From the IMG/VR virus record IMGVR_UViG_2654587736_000008: 42,353 bases of DNA; one strand, written 5' to 3'. Source of the DNA: a virus. Lineage: Duplodnaviria > Heunggongvirae > Uroviricota > Caudoviricetes. Position 1 is the stretch's first letter. Every line of letters begins with the position of its first letter. Under the pieces are notes generated by a model. The model saw only the letters and a list, made by a program, of their open reading frames with translations. It was not told the origin of the DNA and made no database searches. Positions 1 to 9,750 of this stretch are shown piece by piece. Position numbers and translations under genes: made by a program.

Positions 1-2
1 CA

Positions 3-48
3 CTGTTTATCCATACAGTTAAAAATAATACTGTATACAAACACAGTA
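3..48 (+). promoter_or_regulatory. Two tandem LexA (SOS) boxes upstream of the dinI-like gene
   Basis: CTGT-N8-ACAG at 3-18 (CTGTttatccatACAG) and a near-consensus TACTGTatacaaacACAGTA at 29-48, immediately upstream of the ATG at 62. Confidence 0.65.
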
Positions 49-61
49 TAGAGGGACTTTT

Positions 62-310
62 ATGCGTATTGAAATCTGTATAGCCAAAGAAAAAATGACT
101 AAAATGCCAACCGGTGCTGTGGATGCGTTAAAGGAAGAATTAACCCGACGCATCAGTAAACGTTATGACGATGTAGAGGTGATCGTAAAAGCCACCAGCA
201 ACGATGGCCTTTCTGTTACGCGCACCGCCGATAAAGATTCAGCTAAAACTTTTGTTCAGGAAACTCTGAAAGATACCTGGGAGTCTGCTGACGAGTGGTT
301 TGTTCACTAA
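62..310 (+). CDS. dinI: DinI-like DNA-damage-inducible protein (prophage-encoded homologue)
   Basis: 82-aa ORF; N-terminal MRIEI.IAK and C-terminal [15 protein letters not shown] match the DinI family pattern; SD GAGGGA upstream; SOS boxes upstream. Confidence 0.8.
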   Translation: MRIEICIAKEKMTKMPTGAVDALKEELTRRISKRYDDVEVIVKATSNDGLSVTRTADKDSAKTFVQETLKDTWESADEWFVH

Positions 311-378
311 TTAGCACGTAAAATCAGTAACGGCTGGAAATCATTCAATACTCGCACTATCGAAAGTTAACCAGCCAG

Positions 379-416
379 CCGCAGTATCCTATCATGACAA
401 GTTACTGCGGCTTTTT
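379..416 (+). terminator. Intrinsic terminator candidate downstream of dinI-like gene
   Basis: Stem CCGCAGTA(379-386)/TACTGCGG(403-410) followed by CTTTTT. Confidence 0.45.
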
Positions 417-483
417 ACTTTTTATATTTAACGGATCAACATCCAGATCAGCAGACACGCCACCACCGGCACAGCAAAATCCA

Positions 484-714
484 TCAGGCTTGCCACATCC
501 CACGCGCGCGGATCAAAACCGCCCCACCACGCATATTCATTCGCTTGCCATGCCCGAACATTTCAATCCAGCGATATTCTGCCTGGGTGTGTTCACGCGC
601 AATGAAGAACGTACAACCGGCTATCGCTCCGTAAGCCCAGTTTCCGGTAAAAAGACCAACCAGTATCTGCGCAGCCACAGCACAAAGTGCATGAAGTAAG
701 GGGCTTATATCCAT
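484..714 (-). CDS. Small membrane protein, hypothetical (76 aa)
   Basis: ORF with strong SD (AAAGGAGG) 6 nt upstream of ATG at 714; hydrophobic segment LLHALCAVAAQILVGLFTGNWAYGAIAGCTFFIA; last gene of the tail-fibre operon. Confidence 0.5.
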   Translation of the reverse strand: MDISPLLHALCAVAAQILVGLFTGNWAYGAIAGCTFFIAREHTQAEYRWIEMFGHGKRMNMRGGAVLIRARGMWQA

Positions 715-726
715 TATTTCCTCCTT

Positions 727-1005
727 TCAGCTCCATTCCCGAAGCGGTGTTTCCAGCTCCACGACATAATCAGAGAATACAGAAACATCAAACAAGTCAT
801 CAAGAATGCGAATGTTGACAAAATAACCGTCATTCCGGACACAGACAGGTTCTCCCTCTTCTGTTACCCCTGTTTCTGTGTAGGTGAAACCAATTTCATC
901 GACTAACAGTTTATTCTGGAGGTCTTCATCCTCCTCCCAGTCAAGAGATGACAGGAAGGCCTTAAACTGCAGTTTGTCATGAAACTTCAAAGTTAAATCT
1001 TTCAT
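727..1005 (-). CDS. Hypothetical acidic protein, possible tail-fibre assembly/chaperone partner (92 aa)
   Basis: ATG overlaps the stop of the tail-fibre ORF (ATGA); acidic composition; no recognisable Tfa motif. Confidence 0.45.
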   Translation of the reverse strand: MKDLTLKFHDKLQFKAFLSSLDWEEDEDLQNKLLVDEIGFTYTETGVTEEGEPVCVRNDGYFVNIRILDDLFDVSVFSDYVVELETPLREWS

Positions 1006-2330
1006 ACGACCTCTTTTAATTGCCTGTCATTTAATTCTTTATGCCATATGCGGAAATTGCGAATATGGCCAAACAGATGTCGTTCTCCAGTATTCGTCTG
1101 CCCTCCAAATCGGATATTTTTATCAGCGGTCACACCATTATATTCACAATAAACTTCATTAACCGCTTTACCATTTGTCACCACATGAAAGTGACCATCA
1201 GCTTTTGCAATACATCCAAATGTGGTTTTCTCTGCAAATACATCTGTCGCTGCGCTATTAACATACAAGCCTGAAGGGTTTGACAGACTCATATATAACT
1301 TACCACTACCTCTGTTGATTGCTGCAATTGCTGATTGCCCGGTATTGGCTGCTGCTATATCCCACACGCGGGGTGCGGCGTTTGGTGCAATATCCCAGTT
1401 TTTATGAATCTCAAGTAAAAAAGTAAATGGTAACTTATAAAGATTATTTCTGGTGGGGATACTAACCAAATCACTGGCTCTTGTCGTTGCGCTGCCTCCT
1501 GAAATAATAAATGATGATACACACGGCCCATTCTCTACTTGTGGGGTGGCAAGATAAATATAGTCACCAGATACTGTTGCCCCACCCTGCTCAGGAGAAT
1601 ACTGTATCTGAGAGCCTATTTTTAACTCACCATCAATTGCCTGAATCGTTGCCTCTGCAAAAATCCAGCCCGTGGTCTTATCCTTCCTGACTCGTGCCGT
1701 AATTCTGCCGGCAGCACCACCTGTCATATTAATTTCAAGCGTTTGCGTATCAATGTACGCATCGCCAAGAAAAGTTGTTGCACTACCATCATACTTATCA
1801 AACCGTATACGTAACCTTACCTGTCGTTCTGTTTTAAAACGGCATGAGGTTGTCACGTACTTGTTATCGCCTGAGACATCAACTGACTTTGTTGCAGCAA
1901 TTGATGCCATATTAATAGCCGAAGTTTGCCCAACCAGAGAATCGTTGCAGACAAACTTTCCATAAGTAAAACCAAAACTATCCGTCCCGGTTTCGGGCAC
2001 ATCCATGTTTGATGACTTCCCCCAGCTGGCTGGACTTTCCGAATTGAGCATGTAGTTCGTTCTTTGTCCCTCAATAAGCAGGCCATCACACTCAAATCGC
2101 GGCTCATTAATTTCCGCCGTTTTCAGTTCGCCAGATTTGTTGATATATGTTGCCGTTGATGCGCGACTGAAATTAACCTGTTTATCACTGGCGACCTGAA
2201 CCACATCGTCACCAATAGCTATTTTTTTATAGCCCGGAGAAAAACCCGCAATCATATCCAGTGAATCGTTAAACGGTATCCACACATCAGGCAGCGGCGG
2301 CACTATATTCGCATAGGGCTCTGCAGTCAC
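1002..2330 (-). CDS. Side tail fibre protein, C-terminal receptor-binding portion (frame separated from N-terminal part by a -1 frameshift)
   Basis: 442-aa ORF; the same frame is open upstream to about 2502 and encodes an Ala/Thr/Lys-rich continuation of the Stf-like shaft. Confidence 0.7.
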   Translation of the reverse strand: MTAEPYANIVPPLPDVWIPFNDSLDMIAGFSPGYKKIAIGDDVVQVASDKQVNFSRASTATYINKSGELKTAEINEPRFECDGLLIEGQRTNYMLNSESPASWGKSSNMDVPETGTDSFGFTYGKFVCNDSLVGQTSAINMASIAATKSVDVSGDNKYVTTSCRFKTERQVRLRIRFDKYDGSATTFLGDAYIDTQTLEINMTGGAAGRITARVRKDKTTGWIFAEATIQAIDGELKIGSQIQYSPEQGGATVSGDYIYLATPQVENGPCVSSFIISGGSATTRASDLVSIPTRNNLYKLPFTFLLEIHKNWDIAPNAAPRVWDIAAANTGQSAIAAINRGSGKLYMSLSNPSGLYVNSAATDVFAEKTTFGCIAKADGHFHVVTNGKAVNEVYCEYNGVTADKNIRFGGQTNTGERHLFGHIRNFRIWHKELNDRQLKEVV

Positions 2331-3061
2331 TTCCGCTGCGGCTTCTGCGCGGTCTGCCGCCTTTTCAGCTCGTGTCGCTGCCGACAGAGCCTCATCCTTT
2401 TTCTGCCCGGCCTTTGTTGCGTCTGCTGCAGCCTCCCGCGCTTTTGTGGTGGCGACTCCGGCATTTTCAGCGGCTGACTCTGCATTACGGCGGGAAGCTC
2501 TTCACTGTCTGCGGAGGCTTCTTCTGACGCACGGGCATTTGTCTCTGAACGTTCTGCCGCTGTTGCTGCGTTTTGTGCGGCTGTTTTTGAAGAAGCTGCC
2601 GCTTTCGCGCTGTTACCTGCATTCGTCTCTGATGTTTTCGCCGCGTTCCTGGACGATGCCGCTGCTGTTTCTGATTTCTTTGCTGCCGCTGCGCTCTGAG
2701 AGGCGGCTTCAGCGTTGCGTGCCACATCCTCCACCATTACCTCAAAACGACGCAATGCCTCCGGCATGACATCCTCTTCCGTCATGGCACCCAGAAAATC
2801 ATTCAGCGTCCCCGGCTTAGAATCCTCATACACGGTGATGGTCCCGGCATGTGAAGGCGGAAAACCTTCAACCAGCAGGATAACGCTGTACTGGCCATAC
2901 TCGACATCCATGCTGTAACGTCCGGCTTCATCCGGATTTTCTGAGGCCACCGTGTTCACCACCACCGTGCTGCTGGTCCGTCTGGCCTTCAGCACAATGG
3001 TGCAGTTCTGTACTGGTTTTCCTGTGCCATCTTTAAGCACGCCAGAAATTTTTACTGTCAT
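2327..3061 (-). CDS. stf: Side tail fibre protein, N-terminal portion (lambda Stf-like); reading frame breaks near 2495-2505
   Basis: N-terminus MTVKISGVLKDGTGKPVQNCTIVLKARR...GRYSMDVEYGQYSV closely resembles lambda Stf; the last ~60 residues of this ORF are basic low-complexity, consistent with out-of-frame translation. Confidence 0.7.
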   Translation of the reverse strand: MTVKISGVLKDGTGKPVQNCTIVLKARRTSSTVVVNTVASENPDEAGRYSMDVEYGQYSVILLVEGFPPSHAGTITVYEDSKPGTLNDFLGAMTEEDVMPEALRRFEVMVEDVARNAEAASQSAAAAKKSETAAASSRNAAKTSETNAGNSAKAAASSKTAAQNAATAAERSETNARASEEASADSEELPAVMQSQPLKMPESPPQKRGRLQQTQQRPGRKRMRLCRQRHELKRRQTAQKPQRK

Positions 3062-3075
3062 ACTTTTCCACCAAT

Positions 3076-3106
3076 AAAAAAAGCCCGCAGCAGTGACGCC
3101 ACGGGC
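3076..3106 (-). terminator. Terminator-like hairpin between lom and stf
   Basis: On minus strand GCCCG...CGGGC followed by TTTTTTT; the loop is long, so only moderate confidence. Confidence 0.35.
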
Positions 3107-3212
3107 TTCAGGACAGTGTAACTTTACGTTTCCTCAAACGCAGTTCACTCCATAAGGCGGATGAACCTGCGTATCATAACAATATTTACAGAAGATAAAT
3201 CGGCGTCTGTTG

Positions 3213-3812
3213 TCAGAAACGGTATCCGATACCAACAATAAATGCATCCGTTCGCCAGTCGCCACTACCGGAACCTTCATAAGCAAGGTCAATGGTCACG
3301 GATTCGGTCGGGTTAAACTGCACGCCAGCCCCCCACGCCAGAGACGTGTTGCTGTGGCGACCGTCATCACTTCCGGTCAGCACATCGTGCGTTTTCCCCT
3401 TGTTGTCAGTTACGCGGAGATAATCCCCGGAGAAAGTCGACACACGGCTGTAAGCCACACCCGCCATCGAATACGCGCTGAACCATTCATTCACGCGTAC
3501 AGACGGCCCCGCCATCACGCTGAACCAGCGGTTACGCACGGAATCTTCATGCCAGCGGGTATCGCTGTAGTGCGTTTTTTGCTCATCCTCAGCATTGGCA
3601 TAACTGAAGGACGTAATCAGCCCCAGCGCGTCCGTAAACTCATAACGGTATTTCACGTTAATCCCGTTCAGATTATCGCTGCCGGGAGCGTTCGTACGGG
3701 CATGAAGATACCCCGCGCTCAGTGTGGACTGATGTTCAGACGCCCATGCAGGCGCACCGGATACGGACAGACAGATGGCTGCGGACAAAATGACTGCACA
3801 AACTTTACGCAT
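3213..3812 (-). CDS. lom: Lom outer-membrane protein (Ail/Lom/PagC family)
   Basis: 199 aa; signal peptide then SEHQSTLSAGYLHA...GINVKYRYEF...GIGYRF, near-identical in pattern to lambda Lom. Confidence 0.9.
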   Translation of the reverse strand: MRKVCAVILSAAICLSVSGAPAWASEHQSTLSAGYLHARTNAPGSDNLNGINVKYRYEFTDALGLITSFSYANAEDEQKTHYSDTRWHEDSVRNRWFSVMAGPSVRVNEWFSAYSMAGVAYSRVSTFSGDYLRVTDNKGKTHDVLTGSDDGRHSNTSLAWGAGVQFNPTESVTIDLAYEGSGSGDWRTDAFIVGIGYRF

Positions 3813-3833
3813 AATTACCTCTCGCTTTTCTGC

Positions 3834-3860
3834 AATAAAAAAGGCGCCATTTCTGGCGCC
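3834..3860 (-). terminator. Intrinsic terminator downstream of J
   Basis: Minus strand: 7-bp stem GGCGCCA-GAAA-TGGCGCC followed by TTTTTTATT. Confidence 0.6.
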
Positions 3861-3879
3861 CGTATATGGGTTATAAAAT

Positions 3880-6800
3880 TCAGCTGATACTGATGCCTGC
3901 GGTGGCTTTCTTCATCACCACAACCAGCAAATCGCTGATACTTGCTGTGGGATACCAGTTATTCACCAGCCATGCTGACACCGAAAACTCCAGCGTCATG
4001 TGGCCGCGACCAGCTGGCATATCAATAACACCACTGTAAATCAGCGTATTATCCAGCGCGGTACGGTTATAAATTTCAGCACCGTTTTTCCGTACTATCA
4101 GGCGGCATGACGAATAAATATCGTTATTCTCCCGCTCATGTTTAGCGCCGCTGAATGCCACCGCCGGAATAACAATCTGCCGGTCAAACGGCTGATCGTC
4201 ATAAACCCTGACGGTGATGGTCCCTGATGGCCACCGTTCCGGTGCACGGGAGTCCCGGGGGAAAGCTTTGCCCACTGTTTTAACGAGATCGCCTTCAATC
4301 TGGTTGGCGGACAATTTTCCCAGAACCCGACAGTTCTCGTTAATCGTGACGTTGTTGAGCGTCCCGGAGTTCGCATTCACGTTACCGCTGATATCGGCAT
4401 TTTTCGCCGTCAGCCGCCCGTCCGGTGTCAGGGAAAATGCCGGAGGATTACCGCCGCTGGTAATGGTCGGAGCCGTCAGGCGTTTCAGGAACACGTCGTT
4501 CATGAATATCTGATCGCCCTGACCAACAAACATCGGCTTTGTGTTGCCATTCGCAGGATTAATCATCGCAATCCGGTCAGCAGCCAGAAGCACCTGACTC
4601 TGCATACCTGCTGGCGTATTCTCAATACCGGCTCCGATACCCGCAATATAAAGGCGTCCGTCCTTCATCTGCTGCAGTTTCACGGCCCACATGCTGTTCA
4701 GGTTATTATTTGTATCAACCTGAACTTTCTGTATCTGCTGGATTGCCGCACTCTGGTCTTCCAGTTTTTTATTGACGGTCTGCGTGATTTCATTGCTGAC
4801 ATTCGTAATGGACGTCCTGATTTCAGCCAGGTCCGGCGCAAGCTGACCGTTATCAATCTGCGTCCACAACTCCTGGGCCAGATGTGTTTTCCCGATTTCT
4901 CCTTTGAAAAAATCCAGGTAACCTTCCGCATCATCGCTCGCCCGACCGACAGCCTCCACGAATGCCGATTTGCCAACGGTGTTCACACTGCGAACGTAAA
5001 AATAATAATCATGGCCCGGTTTGATATTGATACTGGCGGCTATCCAGTACAGCGCCGTACCAAGATAGCGGGCTGTGGTTTCAACCTGCCTGATATCGGT
5101 AATCCGCTTTTCCGAGAACCAGAACTCAAACTGTACCGTCGGGTCATAAACAGCAAGATGCGGCGTGGCGGTTATCTGAAAATAGCCCGGCGTCAGCTCA
5201 ATCCTCGACGGTGCTGCCGGTGCGGCAATCCGGAACGATACCGACGCCGGATCGCCCTGCTGCCCCCGGGCATTTACCGCCCGGACTGTCAGCCTGTAGT
5301 TCCCCAGCGCCAGTTGCGTGAAGCGGTATGTGGTTTCCGTCGTCCGGGCCGTGCTGACCAGTCGCTCACTGCCGTCGTCCGCTGTTACGGTCAGACGGAG
5401 CAGGAAGCTCACGCCCTTCACCACCTTCGGTGTGTCCCATCGCGCCAGCACCTGATATTCCCCGCTGTCTGCAGTGACTTCGGCGGTCAGGTGCTGCACT
5501 GCTGGCGGCGTGACACCATTCACCGTGCCGCTCTGGTCACCGTCAAAGTGCGCCCCGTTATCCACGATGGCTTCTTTCTCCGGTACATGCTGCACGGCGG
5601 TGATGGCATACGTGCCGTCATCGTTCTCACGGATACTCACGCAGCGGAACAGGCGCTGGCGCAGCGTCGGCAGCTTCAGCCCCCACACGCTGTATTCTGC
5701 AACGCCGTCAGGAACACGGCTCACTTTCACCTTCACGCCGTCGGTGACGGACTGGACCTCCACGCTGACCGGATTACCCTGACCGTCAACCAGGCTTATC
5801 AGCGTGGTACCGGAGGATGGCAGCGTGATTTCACGGTCGAGCGTCAGCGTCCGGGTCTGGCTGTTCACCGCCAGCACGCGACCACCGGTGCTGATACCGG
5901 CATAGTCATCATCGCAGATTTCAATGACATCGCCCGGTACATGGCGAAGCCCTTCAGCACCCACGCTGAAATCCACGGTCTGCGTCTCCAGCAGTTCCGT
6001 TTTAATCAGCCACAGCCCGGCGCGGTGTGCCTGCCCCCGGCTGGTACAGCCAAAGGCATCCATCTTCGTGACGTTACGACCGTAACGGGCAATGGCCTGC
6101 GTGTCCTCCACAAGCTCTGTTGCCGTTTCCCAGCCGTTATCCGGGTCAGTCCAGTTCACCTCAACGGCATTATGGCGGTCCTTCAGGGCGCTGAAACTGT
6201 AGCGGAACGGCGCGCCATCATCCGGCATCACCACATTACTGCGGTTATAGGTCCACACCTTATCTGATGGTCGGTCCTGCACGAACGTCAGCGTCTGCCC
6301 GTTCCATACCGGCATACAGCGCATCGCCGAGCAGAAATCACTGAGCACATCCCACGCCTTGCGCTGTGTGGTCAGGTAAGCGTTACAGGTGATGCGCGGC
6401 TCCGTGCCGCCAAAGCCGTCCGGCACCGACTGGTCGCAATTCTGGCCGATGACATACAGCGCCCATTTATCCACATCCGCCGCACCAAGACGTTTCCCCA
6501 TGCCGTAGCGCGGATGGGTCAGCATATCCCACAGACACCAGGCCATGTTGTTGCTGTATGCCGGTTTTAACGTTCCGTCCCAGATACCGCTGTATTGCCG
6601 CGTCTGCGGGTTATAGTTCGACGGCACCTGCAGAATGCGCCCGCGAAGATGATAATTACGGCTCACCTGCTGGCTGCCGAACTGCTCCGAGTCCACCTGC
6701 ACGCCAACCAGTGCCGTGTTCGGGTAGCACTGTTTCACATCGATGATTTCGGTGTATGACGACCAGAGCGTTTTGTTCTGCAGCTGGTCTGTGGTGCTGT

Positions 6801-7359
6801 CCGGCGTCATTCTGCGCATCCGGATATTAAACGGGCGCGGCGGCAGGTTATCCACCACCACCGAGGCCAGATACTGCGAGGTGGTTTTGCCCTTAATGGT
6901 GATGTCTTTTTCCGTCACCCAGCCACCGTTACGCTGGATCTGAACCAGCAGGCGGACTTCCGACGGATTCCTGTCCCCCTTTGAGGTGGTTTCCACCAGT
7001 GCCTGCACACCGAAGGTAAAGCGCAGACGGTCGATGTTTGCCGACGTGATGGTCCGGGTGATCGGCGTGTCATATTTCACTTCCGTACCCAGCACCGTCT
7101 CGGAACCGGAGGATTCAAACCCCTCCGGCGGAGTCTGCTCCTGCTCACCTGCCCGGAACACCACCGTGACGCCGGATATATTGGTATTCCCCTCACTGTC
7201 CAGCACCGGCGTACTGTTCAGCAGCACGCTTTTTAACCCATCCACCGGACCTTCAACCGGCCCTTCGCTGATGGCATCGATCACACTCAGCAACTGCGTG
7301 GACTTCAGGTTGTCCTTCGCTTCGCGCGGGGTATGCCCCTTACTGCTGCCTTTACCCAT
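3880..7359 (-). CDS. J: Host specificity / central tail fibre protein J
   Basis: 1159 aa; N-terminus [34 protein letters not shown] and extensive collinearity with lambda J; C-terminal ~250 aa diverge. Confidence 0.95.
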   Translation of the reverse strand: MGKGSSKGHTPREAKDNLKSTQLLSVIDAISEGPVEGPVDGLKSVLLNSTPVLDSEGNTNISGVTVVFRAGEQEQTPPEGFESSGSETVLGTEVKYDTPITRTITSANIDRLRFTFGVQALVETTSKGDRNPSEVRLLVQIQRNGGWVTEKDITIKGKTTSQYLASVVVDNLPPRPFNIRMRRMTPDSTTDQLQNKTLWSSYTEIIDVKQCYPNTALVGVQVDSEQFGSQQVSRNYHLRGRILQVPSNYNPQTRQYSGIWDGTLKPAYSNNMAWCLWDMLTHPRYGMGKRLGAADVDKWALYVIGQNCDQSVPDGFGGTEPRITCNAYLTTQRKAWDVLSDFCSAMRCMPVWNGQTLTFVQDRPSDKVWTYNRSNVVMPDDGAPFRYSFSALKDRHNAVEVNWTDPDNGWETATELVEDTQAIARYGRNVTKMDAFGCTSRGQAHRAGLWLIKTELLETQTVDFSVGAEGLRHVPGDVIEICDDDYAGISTGGRVLAVNSQTRTLTLDREITLPSSGTTLISLVDGQGNPVSVEVQSVTDGVKVKVSRVPDGVAEYSVWGLKLPTLRQRLFRCVSIRENDDGTYAITAVQHVPEKEAIVDNGAHFDGDQSGTVNGVTPPAVQHLTAEVTADSGEYQVLARWDTPKVVKGVSFLLRLTVTADDGSERLVSTARTTETTYRFTQLALGNYRLTVRAVNARGQQGDPASVSFRIAAPAAPSRIELTPGYFQITATPHLAVYDPTVQFEFWFSEKRITDIRQVETTARYLGTALYWIAASINIKPGHDYYFYVRSVNTVGKSAFVEAVGRASDDAEGYLDFFKGEIGKTHLAQELWTQIDNGQLAPDLAEIRTSITNVSNEITQTVNKKLEDQSAAIQQIQKVQVDTNNNLNSMWAVKLQQMKDGRLYIAGIGAGIENTPAGMQSQVLLAADRIAMINPANGNTKPMFVGQGDQIFMNDVFLKRLTAPTITSGGNPPAFSLTPDGRLTAKNADISGNVNANSGTLNNVTINENCRVLGKLSANQIEGDLVKTVGKAFPRDSRAPERWPSGTITVRVYDDQPFDRQIVIPAVAFSGAKHERENNDIYSSCRLIVRKNGAEIYNRTALDNTLIYSGVIDMPAGRGHMTLEFSVSAWLVNNWYPTASISDLLVVVMKKATAGISIS

Positions 7360-7419
7360 TCGTCATGCTCCATAAACGACAAAACCGCCCGCAGGCGGTT
7401 TCACATAAAACATTTTGCA

Positions 7420-8067
7420 TCAGCGACCAATCACCACAACCTGACCACCGTCACCTTCGTCTGCCGTGCTGATCTCCTGAGAAACCACCCGCGACCCCAC
7501 ACGCATTTCACCGTACAGAACAGGCAGAACATTGCCCTGAGCAACCATGTTATCCAGTGAGGAGAAATAGGTGTTCTGTTTGCCGTTATCTGTACTGGCT
7601 GCCGTGGGCGTCCTGGCTTTCGGTGCCAGCATCTGGGCCACACCACCCAGAATCATACTGGCCCCTGCCGCATACATGCCCGATACAGCCGCAGCACCCA
7701 GCCAGCCCACAGGGTTCCACCATGCCACCGCAATCAGCGCCGCCCCCAGCACCACCTGAAACACACCGCCACTTTTAGCTCCCGCCAGACGCGGCACGAT
7801 GTGAATCACGGCACCATTTTCCAGCGGCTCATTAAGACGGGCAGATAATTCATTTTCGCCTGCATCACGCCCGGCAATGCGCACCTGATACCAGCCCTCA
7901 TTCAGTTTCTGGCGAAACGACGGAAGCTGCGTGGCCAGCGCCCGGATGGCTTCAGCCCCCGTTTTCACACGAAGGTCGATGCGGCGGCCAAATCGTTGTA
8001 AATCCCCGTAAAGGCAGATGCGTGCCATGCCCGGTGACGCCAGAGGGAGTGTGTGCGTCGCTGCCAT
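7420..8067 (-). CDS. I: Tail assembly protein I
   Basis: 215 aa; MAATHTLPLASPGMARICLYGDLQRFGRRIDLRV, lambda gpI-like. Confidence 0.85.
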   Translation of the reverse strand: MAATHTLPLASPGMARICLYGDLQRFGRRIDLRVKTGAEAIRALATQLPSFRQKLNEGWYQVRIAGRDAGENELSARLNEPLENGAVIHIVPRLAGAKSGGVFQVVLGAALIAVAWWNPVGWLGAAAVSGMYAAGASMILGGVAQMLAPKARTPTAASTDNGKQNTYFSSLDNMVAQGNVLPVLYGEMRVGSRVVSQEISTADEGDGGQVVVIGR

Positions 8068-8708
8068 TTGTCGGTATACCTCTCTCGTTTGCTCAGTTGT
8101 TCAGGAATATGGTGCAGCAGCTCGCCGTCACCACAGTAAATGGCGGCATGATTCGGCACCGATGAACCAAAACAGCACAGCAGCACATCGCCCGGCTGCG
8201 CCGCTGACAACGGCACCTGATACAGCCCTGTGGCCTCCAGATTATCCAGATAGAGATTCTGACCGTGACGCCACCAGTCATCCCCGCGATGAAAATCCGG
8301 CATCTCAATCCCCGCCAGATGATAAGCATCCCGGAACAGCGTGTAACAGTCCGTCACCCCGTGCTCAAAGCGCCGCCCGGTAAGATGCGGCACACAGCGG
8401 AATTTATGAATCTCACCCCGGCAGACCAGCCACCACGGCAAATCACTCTGCACCTGCAGCCGCCGGTCGGCCTCACTCAGCCAGGGCAGACCACCGGGGT
8501 GGCTGTGGACCAGCGCCACAATCTCACCCTGCATCTCTGCCCGCAGCCAGTCCTCCGGCGACATCCGGAAATACGCCTCCGGCTCACCGGAGATATTCAC
8601 GCAGGGAAAATATCTTTCCCCCTCCGGCGTTCTCACCACGAAGCCGCACGACTCCGCTGGCGCACATCGCCGGGCGTGCGCCAGAATCGCTGATTCTGTC
8701 TGTGTCAT
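7965..8708 (-). CDS. K: Tail assembly protein K (MPN/JAMM plus NlpC/P60 domains)
   Basis: Start taken at the ATG giving MTQTESAILAHARR; HSHPGG metal-binding motif; the ORF-track upstream extension is rejected. Confidence 0.85.
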   Translation of the reverse strand: MTQTESAILAHARRCAPAESCGFVVRTPEGERYFPCVNISGEPEAYFRMSPEDWLRAEMQGEIVALVHSHPGGLPWLSEADRRLQVQSDLPWWLVCRGEIHKFRCVPHLTGRRFEHGVTDCYTLFRDAYHLAGIEMPDFHRGDDWWRHGQNLYLDNLEATGLYQVPLSAAQPGDVLLCCFGSSVPNHAAIYCGDGELLHHIPEQLSKRERYTDKWQRRTHSLWRHRAWHASAFTGIYNDLAAASTFV

Positions 8709-8712
8709 GGGA

Positions 8713-9411
8713 TTACTGCGAAAGTTTGTTAATGGAAAGGAAGCCGCCAAAGTTGCCGACGTTATTGCGAAACTTACAACCACTCAGGCATTTGCTGCAT
8801 TTATCCTTCGTGATATCGGACGTCGGCTGGTCATATTCATCAGCGACAGCCGGACCGTGATAACCGCACTCATCACCGCGATAGGTCCAGGTGCAGGTAT
8901 TAGCCAGCATGATGCGCCCCGGAAAAACAGCACCGTCCGTTTCCGTCGGCGTGGACAGTACAAAAGAGGCACTGACCGCGCTCAGTTCGCTGCACTGCTC
9001 GATGCGCCAGCGGCTGATCACCTCCTGCTCCGGATCGGCGTCACTGTTTCCGTTGACGAAGTTCACCGCATCCAGAAAACGGGCGTAAACCTTACGCCTG
9101 ACCACCGTTCCGCCGACCAGACTCTGCAGGTCTTCCGCCATCCCGGTGACCATTCCGTGCAGGTTAGAAACCGTCAGTGTCGGACGGGCAGCACTGCCCT
9201 TGCCGTTCAGTTCAAATCCCGTCCCCTGAATAGGGTATGCCTGATACTGCCGCCCCTGCCAGGTAACCGGCTCACCTTTTTCGTTCTGCTCATTACAGAA
9301 AAAATAACGTTCACCACCGACCTCTGTCAGATCGATTTCCCAGAGCACCACCTGGGCTGACTGAGTGAGGCGTGTCGTCTCATGATGTGTTTCCTGTGGA
9401 ATATCCTGCAT
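8713..9411 (-). CDS. L: Minor tail protein L
   Basis: 232 aa, lambda gpL-like; C-terminal Cys cluster CSKCLSGCKFRNNV. Confidence 0.85.
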   Translation of the reverse strand: MQDIPQETHHETTRLTQSAQVVLWEIDLTEVGGERYFFCNEQNEKGEPVTWQGRQYQAYPIQGTGFELNGKGSAARPTLTVSNLHGMVTGMAEDLQSLVGGTVVRRKVYARFLDAVNFVNGNSDADPEQEVISRWRIEQCSELSAVSASFVLSTPTETDGAVFPGRIMLANTCTWTYRGDECGYHGPAVADEYDQPTSDITKDKCSKCLSGCKFRNNVGNFGGFLSINKLSQ

Positions 9412-9420
9412 CAGAGCCTC

Positions 9421-9750
9421 CTATGCCACGACCTGTTCAAAATCTGCCGTTATGGTTACCCACAACGCCCCCACGCTTGCCGACCATTTACGACAAACCA
9501 CCCTGATCGGCTTCCAGTCATAAGGTGGCGTCCACTGAAATGCGCGGACGCCACCGTGCCGTTCCAGAAAGGCTTTTAAAGATGGGTGTTCACATTTACG
9601 AACACGTATCGTCACGCTGTAAGTCGACAACTGGTTATTCAGTCCCGCCGCACGACGCTGTTCATAACCATCGCCCAGCTTCACTGTCACCACTTTCGGC
9701 TCTGATACCACATTCATATCCGGGCGCACTTTCCAGTGAAACGTCTCCAT
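9421..9750 (-). CDS. M: Minor tail protein M
   Basis: 109 aa, lambda gpM-like (METFHWKVRPDM...). Confidence 0.85.
   Translation of the reverse strand: METFHWKVRPDMNVVSEPKVVTVKLGDGYEQRRAAGLNNQLSTYSVTIRVRKCEHPSLKAFLERHGGVRAFQWTPPYDWKPIRVVCRKWSASVGALWVTITADFEQVVA

Noticed and set aside
394-699. 101-aa plus-strand ORF overlapping the small membrane-protein gene
   Set aside because: No SD, Pro/Thr-rich low-complexity translation, and it is antisense to a gene with a consensus SD.
4882-6267. 461-aa plus-strand ORF inside J
   Set aside because: Entirely antisense to the strongly supported J gene; Arg/Pro-rich composition typical of antisense frames in GC-rich coding DNA.
7965-8783. Longer starts given by the ORF track for K (8783), V (14381), tape measure (12836), Q (28084) and the capsid fusion (18214)
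   Set aside because: These begin at TTG/GTG or lack an SD; downstream ATGs with good SDs and lambda-like N-termini were preferred.
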